DNA from: Minisyncoccota bacterium
Lineage (GTDB): Bacteria; Patescibacteriota; Minisyncoccia; Phycocordibacterales; UBA1550
Reading direction: 5' to 3'
Length of the DNA stretch: 63,159 bases
Assembly: GCA_041660105.1 (NCBI GenBank)
Contig: JBAZWZ010000005.1
Coordinates: 1-63,159 of the forward strand
The first letter of the stretch is position 1. The number at the start of each line of letters is the position of its first letter. The position numbers and the translations under genes were made by a program. Under the pieces are notes generated by a model, which saw nothing but the letters and a program-made list of their open reading frames with translations, made no database searches and was not told the DNA's origin. Of the stretch, positions 46,810 to 55,789 are shown piece after piece.

Positions 46810-47307
46810 TTATGCAAATTGCTTCCCTACGATATTGCTGGGGTGTTCGCGATTAAACAATCGCTCGCTCCCCTCCATCATAAACACATCGCCGAGTTCG
46901 GCAGCGATCATCTTGTCCCAGCACGAGGAACAAAAGAACCAATGACCCCAGGTGTACATCTCTGCCCCACGTATGTCGTGCCCACGCTCGCGTGCATCCG
47001 CTATCGCGCGAGCTTCACCGTGATTTTTTGTATCGCACCCTTCACAAAGTTCATATTGCTGCCCTGACGGAATCCTGAGCTTCACACGCTCACATCCGTG
47101 GTGCTCATGGTAGTCGCTGCCATTTGCCCCCATGCCGAGAACGTGTCCATTCTTCATAATCACACACCCGACAGGCATACTCTTGTCGACAGAATATTTC
47201 CGCGCGTACTCCTTCGCAAGCACCATAAACAAATGATTGACTGGTACGTGTTGGATAATGCGCCCCTCAGGCAGATACGGGTAAACAATTCCATTTGAAC
47301 TCTTCAT
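46810..47307 (-). CDS. dCMP deaminase / ComEB-type cytidine-deoxycytidylate deaminase
   Basis: Zinc motifs HGE (NHGEARAI) and CxxC (CSSCWDKM), plus an extra Cys/His-rich insert (HEHHGCERV...CEGC). Confidence 0.8.
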   Translation of the reverse strand: MKSSNGIVYPYLPEGRIIQHVPVNHLFMVLAKEYARKYSVDKSMPVGCVIMKNGHVLGMGANGSDYHEHHGCERVKLRIPSGQQYELCEGCDTKNHGEARAIADARERGHDIRGAEMYTWGHWFFCSSCWDKMIAAELGDVFMMEGSERLFNREHPSNIVGKQFA

Positions 47308-47436
47308 CGTACACCTCCTTAATATTAAAGAATAACCTCATTGAAAACTACTCTTTTTTGTTCCCTCCGTCAATGTCTACCGCAAAAGAAAAAGGCGGCA
47401 AAACGCTTCGCGTTTTGCCGCCCCATATTACTGCTT

Positions 47437-48057
47437 TTACACCTTCGGGTTTGTTACCCCACGCTGTCCTTGGTACTTACCACCGCGATCCTTGTACGAA
47501 GTCTCGCACACCTCGTCACTCTCAAGAAACAGTACCTGTGCGCAACCTTCGTTTGCGTAGATCTTTGCTGGAAGCGGGGTTGTGTTGGAGAACTCAAGCG
47601 TAATCTCCCCTTCCCATTCAGGCTCGAGGGGTGTCACGTTGACGATGATACCGCAACGCGCGTAGGTCGACTTGCCGAGGCAAACAACCAAAACGTTTCG
47701 CGGAATACGGAACCACTCCACCGTCCGAGCAAGAGCGAAAGAGTTGGGAGGGATGATACAGAAATCACCTTCCTTCTCGACGAACGACTGCGGATCGAAG
47801 TTCTTCGGGTCAACAATCGACGAATGAATGTTGGTGAATATCTTGAACTTGCTCGAGCAACGGACATCGTAACCATAGCTTGAAGTGCCGTAGGACACGA
47901 TTTTTTGCCCGTTCGCCTCCTTCACTTGCTTCGGGGAAAAAGGCTCAATCATCGGCCCGTCGAGGCGCTGCATCCCCGTGGGGACAGCGACCGATGCCCT
48001 TTCGACGGGGTCGAGACTACACATCTTGCGAATCCACTTATCGGACTTAATGCTCAT
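47437..48057 (-). CDS. dcd: dCTP deaminase
   Basis: [10 protein letters not shown].., [77 protein letters not shown]. Confidence 0.95.
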   Translation of the reverse strand: MSIKSDKWIRKMCSLDPVERASVAVPTGMQRLDGPMIEPFSPKQVKEANGQKIVSYGTSSYGYDVRCSSKFKIFTNIHSSIVDPKNFDPQSFVEKEGDFCIIPPNSFALARTVEWFRIPRNVLVVCLGKSTYARCGIIVNVTPLEPEWEGEITLEFSNTTPLPAKIYANEGCAQVLFLESDEVCETSYKDRGGKYQGQRGVTNPKV

Positions 48058-48207
48058 ACTGCCTCCCTCTCGTGTAATAAATTAAAAGAATTGCCTCCCC
48101 AAAAACTACCACGCGAACTGAAAAAAGTAAAGAGTGTTGACTGTGTATAAAAATAAAGGTAGTGTGACAACAGCAGTTCTTTCTCAACGACACAAAAGGA
48201 GTTTGCA

Positions 48208-49002
48208 ATGCAAAAATATCTCAATTTGCTTCATCACATCATGACGAATGGTGAAATCAAAGGTGACCGGACTGGCACGGGCACAAAAGGGGTCTTTGGC
48301 TATCAAATGCGATTTGACCTTAAACAAGGATTCCCGCTCGTCACGACCAAGAAGTGCCACTTGAAGTCCATCATCCACGAGCTGCTCTGGTTCCTGCAAG
48401 GAAGCACGAATACAAAGTATCTCAAGGATCACGGAGTCAGCATATGGGACGAATGGGCAAACGAACAGGGTGAGCTTGGTCCAGTATACAGCAAACAATG
48501 GCGTTCGTGGGAAACAGTAGACGGGCAAGTAATCGACCAAATCTCAGTCGCAATTGACCAGATCAAGAAAAACCCGAACTCGCGGCGCATCATTGTTTCG
48601 GCCTGGAACGTTGGCGACTTACCGAAAATGGCTCTTGAGCCTTGTCATACGTTCTTCCAGTTTTACGTTGCGAACGGCAAGCTTTCTTGTCATCTCTACC
48701 AACGTAGCGCCGATATTTTCCTCGGCGTACCATTCAACATCGCAAGCTTCGCATTACTCACCATGATGATGGCGCAGGTTTGTGGACTTGAGCTCGGCGA
48801 CTTCGTGCACACGTTCGGCGATGCACATCTGTACTCCAATCACATGGAACAGACAGCACTGCAACTCTCCCGTGAGCCGCGCGCATTGCCAACGATGCAC
48901 ATCAACCCCGACGTGAAAGACATCTTTGGTTTCAAATTCGAAGACTTCACGCTCGAGGGCTACGATCCGCACCCCGCAATCAAAGCACCCGTCGCGGTGT
49001 GA
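48208..49002 (+). CDS. thyA: thymidylate synthase (ThyA)
   Basis: [25 protein letters not shown], catalytic PCH ([12 protein letters not shown]), [34 protein letters not shown] is present. Confidence 0.98.
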   Translation: MQKYLNLLHHIMTNGEIKGDRTGTGTKGVFGYQMRFDLKQGFPLVTTKKCHLKSIIHELLWFLQGSTNTKYLKDHGVSIWDEWANEQGELGPVYSKQWRSWETVDGQVIDQISVAIDQIKKNPNSRRIIVSAWNVGDLPKMALEPCHTFFQFYVANGKLSCHLYQRSADIFLGVPFNIASFALLTMMMAQVCGLELGDFVHTFGDAHLYSNHMEQTALQLSREPRALPTMHINPDVKDIFGFKFEDFTLEGYDPHPAIKAPVAV

Positions 49003-49020
49003 CAAGAAGCAAAATTCAAA

Positions 49021-49050
49021 GGCCGACAGCTACGCTGTCGGCCTTTTTCT
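49021..49050 (+). terminator. thyA terminator
   Basis: GGCCGACAGC-tac-GCTGTCGGCC followed by TTTTTCTTT. Confidence 0.85.
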
Positions 49051-49095
49051 TTGCAACATTCAAAATTCAATATTCGAAATTCTATATTCTACTCA

Positions 49096-49135
49096 AAAAG
49101 AAAAGCCGCTCTCCAGGAGAGCGGCTTTTCTTTTT
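49096..49135 (-). terminator. rplK terminator (bidirectional shape)
   Basis: AAAAAGAAAAGCCGCTCTCC-a-GGAGAGCGGCTTTTCTTTTT. Confidence 0.8.
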
Positions 49136-49140
49136 GAACA

Positions 49141-49566
49141 CTATCCCTTCACCTCGATACCTGCTGAACGTGCTGTTCCTGCAATGATCTTCATTGCGGC
49201 CTCAACATCGTTTGCGGAGAGGTCAGGCATCTTCTTCTCGGCGATCTCGCGGAGCTGAGCGGAAGTGATTGAACCTGCCTTGCTTGAGCCAGGCTTCTTT
49301 GAGCCACTTGCGAGTCCTGCTGCCTTCTTCACAAGTCCTGAAGCAGGAGGGGTCTTCATTACGAAGTCGAATGTACGATCCTCGTAAACCGTGATAACCA
49401 CAGGAACCATATCCCCCATCTTGTCGGCTGTTGCGGCGTTGAACTTGGTAACGAATTCACCAATGTTTACTCCCGCTTGTCCGAGCGCAGGCCCCAAAGG
49501 AGGCGCTGGTGTTGCCTTCCCCGCAGGGATGACTACTTTTACTTTTTTTGTTACTTTCTTTGCCAT
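49141..49566 (-). CDS. rplK: 50S ribosomal protein L11
   Basis: [24 protein letters not shown]...FN and the C-terminal ..[12 protein letters not shown]. No rplA follows. Confidence 0.97.
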   Translation of the reverse strand: MAKKVTKKVKVVIPAGKATPAPPLGPALGQAGVNIGEFVTKFNAATADKMGDMVPVVITVYEDRTFDFVMKTPPASGLVKKAAGLASGSKKPGSSKAGSITSAQLREIAEKKMPDLSANDVEAAMKIIAGTARSAGIEVKG

Positions 49567-49741
49567 AATTTTTGAGCTGGTATTAATATTGGAATTCGTT
49601 GAGTCTACCCTAGTTTGGGAGATTTTTCAAGTGGTTAATTTTTAAGGAGTAAAACGACTATAAAAATGACCACCCACCTAAGTTTTTCTTCGAAAAATTT
49701 GGGCGGGTAAGAAAATCATAATCGCTTCGCTCTTCGCTTTT

Positions 49742-50287
49742 CTATATCTTATGAATCTGGAGGAAATCGAGTTCTACGGGTGTCTCACGACCAAACATTG
49801 AGACGAGTACCTTCGCGCGACCACGCTCGCCGTCAACCTCAGAAACCTTACCTTCGAGATCCTTGAATGGCCCGTCGACAATAGTCACCATGTCGCCAAC
49901 GACGAGGTCAATATTGTGCTTTGCGGTCTTGTCAGACATACGACTGAAGAGCAAGTCTGCTTCTGCTTTCGCAAGAGGTACTGGAGTTACTCCTGCCCCC
50001 ACGAAACCAGTAACACGGGGAGTATTGCGCACCACATACCATGAGTCATCCGTAACAATCATATCCACGAGAATGTACCCAGGGAAAATTTTCTCTTCAA
50101 CCTCAACACGCTTTGTGCCCTTTACTTTGATCTTCTTCTCGAGAGGAATAAGTACGTTGAAAATCTTGTCCTCCATACCGAGAGACTCAATACGCTGTTT
50201 CAAATTGCGGAGCACGGCGTTTTCGTAACCCACATAGGTGTGGATTGCGTACCAATTGCGCTCGCCAGTTGTTTCTTGTTTTGCCAT
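49742..50287 (-). CDS. nusG: transcription termination/antitermination factor NusG
   Basis: NGN (WYAIHTYVGYENAV) and KOW (GDMVTIVDGPFKDLEGKVSEVD) domains. Confidence 0.96.
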   Translation of the reverse strand: MAKQETTGERNWYAIHTYVGYENAVLRNLKQRIESLGMEDKIFNVLIPLEKKIKVKGTKRVEVEEKIFPGYILVDMIVTDDSWYVVRNTPRVTGFVGAGVTPVPLAKAEADLLFSRMSDKTAKHNIDLVVGDMVTIVDGPFKDLEGKVSEVDGERGRAKVLVSMFGRETPVELDFLQIHKI

Positions 50288-50307
50288 TTAGTTAAAATTT
50301 AAAATTA

Positions 50308-50490
50308 TTAACGAACGAAGAACTTCTTAATAAGTGCAGTGAACAATGTATCAAACGCACCGAGGTAAAACGAGGTGAGGACAGAGAGCACAATAACGAG
50401 AATAGTAAAAGCGATAGCCTGACTGCGCGTTGGCCACGATACGTGGGCGAGCTCGCCCTTTGACTCTTTGATATATTCGATGAATGACAT
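50308..50490 (-). CDS. secE: preprotein translocase subunit SecE
   Basis: 60 aa: KGELAHVSWPTR.Q....T..VIVLSVL. It sits directly upstream of nusG. The overlapping 166-aa ORF 50292-50792 is rejected. Confidence 0.9.
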   Translation of the reverse strand: MSFIEYIKESKGELAHVSWPTRSQAIAFTILVIVLSVLTSFYLGAFDTLFTALIKKFFVR

Positions 50491-50538
50491 GGTGTTATTA
50501 GTTCTTGTTTAAAAAACAGCCCCGCAGGGCTTTCGCCT

Positions 50539-50567
50539 ACTATACTCTTTGAGGCAAGAAAAGTCAA
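50539..50567 (-). promoter_or_regulatory. promoter of secE-nusG-rplK
   Basis: Minus strand reads TTGACT (50562-50567), a 17-nt spacer, then TATAGT (50539-50544). Confidence 0.6.
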
Positions 50568-50599
50568 TGTCGCCCCACAAATACTGTGTATAAAGAAAA

Positions 50600-50626
50600 A
50601 CACCCCACGGATAAACCGTGAGGTGT
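50600..50626 (-). terminator. terminator after CDS 50648-51595
   Basis: Minus sense: ACACCTCACGG-tttat-CCGTGGGGTGT followed by TTTTTCTTT. Confidence 0.8.
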
Positions 50627-50647
50627 GATTGTACAGCAATTTCCTGC

Positions 50648-51595
50648 TTAGGCAGCCTGCGGAAGGCGGTAATCTGCCGGGACAGGAACTTTGTCGCCAG
50701 GCTTCATACCTTCCGTGTTTGCCACAACACCGAGAATCGCCGAAGGCAGAGCTTTGCGATGCCCGACAACGAGGCCATTCAGGAATTCCCAAATCTTCTG
50801 GGAATCACCAGCGTGGGTCCCCTTAAAGTTGGGCATCTTCTTCCAGGTGAGCACATCGTGATAGATGTAAGCGCCCTTACGAACGTAGCCCGACAGAGGG
50901 TGGCCTTCTTCTGCAGAGAGCAGTTCTATCTTCGGATAGATCTTCTCTTTCTTGCCGAATTGCGGTGCATGCACCGCACCGACCATCGAGAAGACTGCAC
51001 GCGGACCATTCGAATCGAAGCAGTACATGCCAGGAATCGCCATGATCAGGTCGCCAACTGAGACCGAGGTCTTCACCTCGACAGCAGGAGCCTTCGCGGG
51101 AGTGGCCTTCTTCTCGTGGACCTTTTTGAGACCCATTTCGATGAAGTGCTCATGGAAGAACTTCCAGATGCGCTCCTGGGTTTCGTATTGCGCGGAACCC
51201 TTTTTGAACTTCGAGCTGAACTCGGGCATGTGGAGCGAGGCGATCGTGACATACGTCTTCGGACTCATGATTCCGGCGAGTTTGGTGCCAAGAGGAGCTG
51301 AAGCCACGGAGACAATCTTGAAGCTGTGCTTGCCGTCACCCGAAGTTTCTTCAGACACACGGAAGCGGATACCTTGGGCTTCCGCTACGCCGTTCCAGCC
51401 GTTCCACACCACCTCGGGAGACTGAACAAGATTGTCCCATCTCTTCGTCCTCGGCGTATAATCCGGCTTGGGACCCTTCGGCTTCTCCACCTTCGGTTTA
51501 GCAACCTTCGCGACGGCTTCCTTCTTGTCGCCCTTGTTACCACCCTTATCTTTGCCTTTTTTCTTGCCATCACCCTTGCCTTTGTTCTTGGACAT
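50648..51595 (-). CDS. orphan protein with a Lys/Gly-rich disordered N-terminus
   Basis: The start is moved to MSKNKGKG (51595), preceded by AAAGGAG. It has a consensus promoter upstream. GC is 57% by hand count over 50641-50760, against 33% over 51781-51840. No family recognised. Confidence 0.7.
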   Translation of the reverse strand: MSKNKGKGDGKKKGKDKGGNKGDKKEAVAKVAKPKVEKPKGPKPDYTPRTKRWDNLVQSPEVVWNGWNGVAEAQGIRFRVSEETSGDGKHSFKIVSVASAPLGTKLAGIMSPKTYVTIASLHMPEFSSKFKKGSAQYETQERIWKFFHEHFIEMGLKKVHEKKATPAKAPAVEVKTSVSVGDLIMAIPGMYCFDSNGPRAVFSMVGAVHAPQFGKKEKIYPKIELLSAEEGHPLSGYVRKGAYIYHDVLTWKKMPNFKGTHAGDSQKIWEFLNGLVVGHRKALPSAILGVVANTEGMKPGDKVPVPADYRLPQAA

Positions 51596-51660
51596 CTTGT
51601 TCTCCTTTGAGAAAGTTGTAGGAAATTGCTCTTTGTTAAAGATCACTTAATGCTCTCTAT

Positions 51661-51688
51661 ATTATACATATTTTGAATACTTTGTCAA
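51661..51688 (-). promoter_or_regulatory. consensus sigma70 promoter of the orphan gene
   Basis: Minus strand reads TTGACA (51683-51688), a 16-nt spacer, then TATAAT (51661-51666). Confidence 0.7.
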
Positions 51689-51785
51689 TAGCACCGTAAT
51701 ACCTCAATAGCTTGGAACCACCTCTATGGCAAGGTCAATGGCAAGGTCCGACCTTGCCGTAATTCTTTGTGCAAGTGTGCAAGAG

Positions 51786-52943
51786 TTATTTGGGGATGGT
51801 ATTAGTACTCCCTTTTAGCAACACATCAACAATTGTTTTATGTGTTACAACAGAAAATGTAGCCTGTGGATATAGTGCACTGAACGACAACGGAGCCGAA
51901 ACTCCATCTTTCCATTTGCACTCAAACGCCTCCAGCTTGCCAGACGATGACTTGTTCTCCACAAAATCAACCTCTGCCCCTTGGCGGTTGCGCCAAAAAT
52001 GAATAGTGGTGTCTCTCCCCGCATAACTCCTTTCCTTAACCTTCTCGGCAATAAAAAAATTTTCCAATATTGCGCCTCTATCAAGACGCATCTCAAGCGG
52101 ATCTGTATTACTAATGAGCGCATTGCGCATACCCGTGTCATAAAAATATATTTTGTGACTCTTATTGATTTCTTTTGTCTTATTTGTATAGAAGGGCGTA
52201 AGACGAAATACGATAAATGCTTGCTCGAGGAGCGTAATATATGCGTTCACCGTCTCCCTGCTGATACCCACCTCTTTTGCAAGTTCATTGTATGATATTT
52301 CGCTCCCGACTCGTAGAGCCAAGAGTTTAACTAGTTTCTCAAATGCGAACGAATTGCGGATATCACCAAACAAGAACAAGTCTTTAAAAAGGTAATCGCT
52401 CGCGAGCTCTCGTATAAGGATTGCCTTCCGCTCGCGAGACTCAGCATTTACAATTTGTGGATACATCCCGAAGATGAGGTAATCCTCCAGTTTTTGCATC
52501 ACCGCAACTTTACCATACGATGCAACCACCTCAGGGATGGATAACGGGTAAAGATGAATCTTCCGGTTTCGTCCTGTCAACGGCTCGCTCACCTTGTTTG
52601 CTAATTCAAAACTTGATGAACCACTTGCAATCATCTGAACGCCAGGCACATTGTCGGCAATAAGTTTAAGTATGATGCCAATATCACGCACGCGTTGCGC
52701 CTCGTCAATGACAACGAGTTCGTGTCCAGCAACCAACTGCCCCAGCTCTTTAGCACCACGACCCTCAAGCAAGGCTGCGTCCTTTGGGTCATCACCCTGA
52801 AGATACAGTCCGTTGGAAAATTGTTCTAAAATAGACTTAATAAGTGTTGTTTTGCCTACCTGCCGAGCTCCATATAAAACTATGATTGGTTTCTCTGCTA
52901 TATTATCCAGCAGTTTCTGCTCAATTGTTCGTATATATTTCAT
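51786..52943 (-). CDS. AAA+ ATPase of the AAA_14/DUF4143 type (COG1373-like)
   Basis: Walker A GARQVGKTT and Walker B VVIDEAQ. The C-terminal DUF4143-like half has a wHTH-like ISYNELAKEVGISRETV. The start is at 52943, 6 nt after TATACT. Confidence 0.8.
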   Translation of the reverse strand: MKYIRTIEQKLLDNIAEKPIIVLYGARQVGKTTLIKSILEQFSNGLYLQGDDPKDAALLEGRGAKELGQLVAGHELVVIDEAQRVRDIGIILKLIADNVPGVQMIASGSSSFELANKVSEPLTGRNRKIHLYPLSIPEVVASYGKVAVMQKLEDYLIFGMYPQIVNAESRERKAILIRELASDYLFKDLFLFGDIRNSFAFEKLVKLLALRVGSEISYNELAKEVGISRETVNAYITLLEQAFIVFRLTPFYTNKTKEINKSHKIYFYDTGMRNALISNTDPLEMRLDRGAILENFFIAEKVKERSYAGRDTTIHFWRNRQGAEVDFVENKSSSGKLEAFECKWKDGVSAPLSFSALYPQATFSVVTHKTIVDVLLKGSTNTIPK

Positions 52944-53085
52944 AGGTATAGTATACAAAATACATACACAAAATGCAAGGTTTCTATTTTCTTACATTTC
53001 CTCTTGCCATTTCTCACAGAAGACCGCTTTTCATTTTAGAAAATTCCTGTCACAGCAAGGTCCGACCTTGCTGTGAAATAAATAT

Positions 53086-53122
53086 ACGAAAAGGTGGGCG
53101 CCTGCGGCGCCCACCTTTTCGT
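53086..53122 (-). terminator. terminator (17-bp GC-rich stem)
   Basis: ACGAAAAGGTGGGCGCC-tgc-GGCGCCCACCTTTTCGT, downstream of CDS 53160-53507. Confidence 0.85.
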
Positions 53123-53159
53123 ATCTCCTTTCGACATTAAGGACTTTAAAGACTATTTT

Positions 53160-53507
53160 TTACGCGTTCTCTTGCTTCTTACCACGAAGGAGCATCGATG
53201 TGAGGATCACGAGCCAAACGAAAATCACCCCAAACAAATAATCACTTATTGGCAGTCCACCCTTCGTACTCACGGGTGAGGGCTCGACAGCGCCCGCAAC
53301 AACAGGTGCTACTACGTTCGCACGGTATGATTTTTCCTGGGCATCCATCTCTGCAATCTGCTCTGGAGTTGGTCCACTAGACATAGCCCCCCCTTTTTGA
53401 GGCGCTACTCTGCTGGTCACCTCCTGTGCAAATGAATACTGCGTGGTTATGAAAACAGTAAACAGCACCAAAGATACGAATAACGGGTATTTTATTTTTC
53501 TCTGCAT
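53160..53507 (-). CDS. small secreted protein with a C-terminal TM helix and basic tail (sorting-signal-like)
   Basis: Signal peptide (FVSLVLFTVFITTQYSFA) and a C-terminus of GGLPISD + YLFGVIFVWLVILTSMLL + RGKKQENA. Confidence 0.6.
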   Translation of the reverse strand: MQRKIKYPLFVSLVLFTVFITTQYSFAQEVTSRVAPQKGGAMSSGPTPEQIAEMDAQEKSYRANVVAPVVAGAVEPSPVSTKGGLPISDYLFGVIFVWLVILTSMLLRGKKQENA

Positions 53508-53522
53508 ATTATTTATAAATAT

Positions 53523-55599
53523 TTACTGATAATCCCCATACAGAACATCCACATAGCAGGTATTAGATCCTCCACCATAAGTCCATTGAGAATAATATAG
53601 GGTTCTCCCTGGGGGTATACTTGTTAGCCCAAGAGCCTTGTTATAAATAGGTACGCCTTGAGTCCATGGGGTAGCCGTTCGCCCCGGGGCTGTGGTTTCA
53701 AAAATCCACGTAGAAGGAGCGAACGCGCCATACCCCCCACTCCAAGCAGACCAGGAGGACCAGCTAACAAGGTTAAAATCTTGAACAGTGGTGAAAGAAG
53801 AACTTCCACCATTAGATGCTATCCCCCCTTTAAAATAATTGGGGACGCTCGCCACACATACAGACCCACCCCCCCCGGAAATTTTTATTCCTAATACTGG
53901 GCGCGTTGTACTGAGTGCAACACTCGAGCTGTAGGTCGAACCACAAGATGCGCACACACTCGAAACAACCCTCGTCCATACCCAAGCGCCAGCAGAATCC
54001 ACTGCAGCAAGAGGCGTATCGGTCACACTTGCCCCCCCGATTGCATTCGAAATATAATTATTAGCAGTAATGTTTCCCGATGTAGTTAGGTTACCAACAA
54101 CGAGCACATTTGCATCTGTCTGAGCAGAACCATTAGTAGTGAGACCTCTCAAAACAAGAGTGCCACCTCCATTCCCCGTAGTATTGCTAACATTAATATA
54201 CGCAGTATTATCACTACGCGTAAGCGAAAGTTCTCCGTTTACTTGCAAATTTCGAATTGGCGCAGCAGTCCCGATGCCGACGTTGCCACCGTTTAATATT
54301 GATAATTTATAACCTGCATTCCCTCCACCGCCACCATTAACACCTCTGTCATAAAGATGTAAACCAGTAGCCTGCGGATACCATTCAAATTGATCACTTC
54401 CGTCTAGAAGCATGGTAACTCTGCCGTGTCCACCAGTTGGACCGTGCGCAAAAATGCTTCCTCCAGCAACTTCTAGTTTATTTGATGGTGCTGTCGTCCC
54501 AATGCCGACGTTGCCACTAGTAGGCGCTAAAACTATATTATTTGCACCTACTTGACTGCCTTGTATTTTTAATGCTCCAGTAGCAGGATCTCTTCCCATA
54601 TCATAATAGTAAGTTCCTGCAGCATTTGATAACCTTAACGCATATTCAGAACCAGAATTAACCTGAAGAGGTTGGCCTGGCGCTATCGTCCCGATACCGA
54701 CGTTGCCGGCCGTATCAATACGAACTTTTTCAGTTGCATTGGTCCACAAGGTCATTGCGCCACCTGCGCCTGCGTAAATATTAAGTGAGTTTGCCCCGCC
54801 GTACAGAGTTGAGTTTTGATTCATTGTCCATATCCAACTAGTTGCCGAGCCTGCCCTTATTCCGATTTGGGAATACGCATTTGCTGTTGAGGTGGCGTTT
54901 TCGAAAATACCCAGATTCCCAACTCCACCAACTCCACTGCTGACAACGTGAAATTTCGTGGTAGGCGTGGTCGTCCCGATGCCGACTTGGCCTGCATCAT
55001 CTATAATCATTTTTGGGGTTGCTGTACCGCCAGTATAGAATTTTAATTTCTTCATGGTCTCGGCAGTTAAAGCAATATCGGTGTCAGAGTTACCTTCCCA
55101 TGCTCCGGACCGTCCTAACCCCCCCCAATGCAGTTGTACTACTGGCCAAAACAATCCACGACCTTGATCTAATATTTCCATTCACATCCAAGGGGTACCC
55201 CGGCGCCGTCGTCCCAATCCCCACATTCGTGCCGTTGTTGAAGATGACCGAGTTTGCAATCCACGATGCGCCATTATGACGAATGGTCTGACCCGCGGTT
55301 CCTGCGGGGAGACTGCCCCCTGTTGCTGCTTCCCAGCTTGCGTTACCGATTGCATCTGAGGTGAGGACATATCCCGCAGTTGTTGTTGTCGCAAGCCTGA
55401 AGTAGGGAGCGGTGAAACTCCACGCAGTGATGGCACCTGTCTTGATTTGATCCGATCCCCCGACATTGATAGGCGTATCGATGTTCCCTGCGGGCGGGTT
55501 CAGGGTTGGCGCTGACCAGGCGTATGCGTACGTTGCGCCGAGCGCGAGGGCTATCGCAACTGCGGAAATCTTGAGAACAGACAAAATATTTTTGGTCAT
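53523..55599 (-). pseudogene. tail-fibre-like repeat surface protein, split by a frameshift at a G8 tract
   Basis: ORFs 55090-55599 (signal peptide, W..P.LNPPAGN..P.N) and 53523-55181 overlap by 92 nt. Both carry the (N/Q)VGIGT(T/A)xP...L.V repeat, five copies in total. Reading the run as G7 would fuse them (..TALGG|LGRSGAWEGN..). Confidence 0.7.
55119..55126 (-). repeat. homopolymeric G8 (C8 on the plus strand) at the frameshift point
   Basis: Plus strand reads ..TAACCCCCCCCAATG... It is the only place where the two reading frames can be joined. Confidence 0.9.
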
Positions 55600-55706
55600 T
55601 GGGGTTGGTACTAAATTGATAATAATATATTAAGTATACCACTCAACGGTAAAATGCATAGGGGGTTATGCACAGGAGAGGGGGGGGGTAGGAAGAGGGG
55701 GGGGTA

Positions 55707-55748
55707 GGAAGAGGGGGGCGGGACCGAAGGTCCCGCCCCCCTCTTCCT
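55707..55748. terminator. 19-bp GC hairpin preceded by a G-rich tandem repeat
   Basis: GGAAGAGGGGGGCGGGACC-gaag-GTCCCGCCCCCCTCTTCC plus a T-run on the plus sense. Upstream GGGGGGGGTAGGAAGA occurs twice. It shares its 12-nt arms with 56231-56267. Confidence 0.6.
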
Positions 55749-55789
55749 CTTTTTTGCGCTGTCATACTTCCTCGTATCAGCTATCAGCT

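Noticed and set aside
50517-50532. Attenuator or terminator hairpin (AGCCC-ugcg-GGGCU plus U6) between the secE promoter and the secE start
   Set aside because: The stem is only 5 bp and begins essentially at the predicted transcription start. It is more likely a 5'-end stabilising hairpin or coincidence, and there is no alternative antiterminator pairing.
50292-50792. 166-aa ORF overlapping secE and the terminator/promoter region
   Set aside because: The 60-aa in-frame-independent ORF 50308-50490 is a textbook SecE with its own promoter. The longer ORF runs through a terminator hairpin and has an Arg/Ser/Cys-rich composition.
53160-55599. Prophage or phage remnant, suggested by the tail-fibre-like repeats
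   Set aside because: There are no capsid, terminase, portal, integrase or lysis genes nearby. The protein has a signal peptide and the repeat type is common in cellular surface proteins of this kind of genome.
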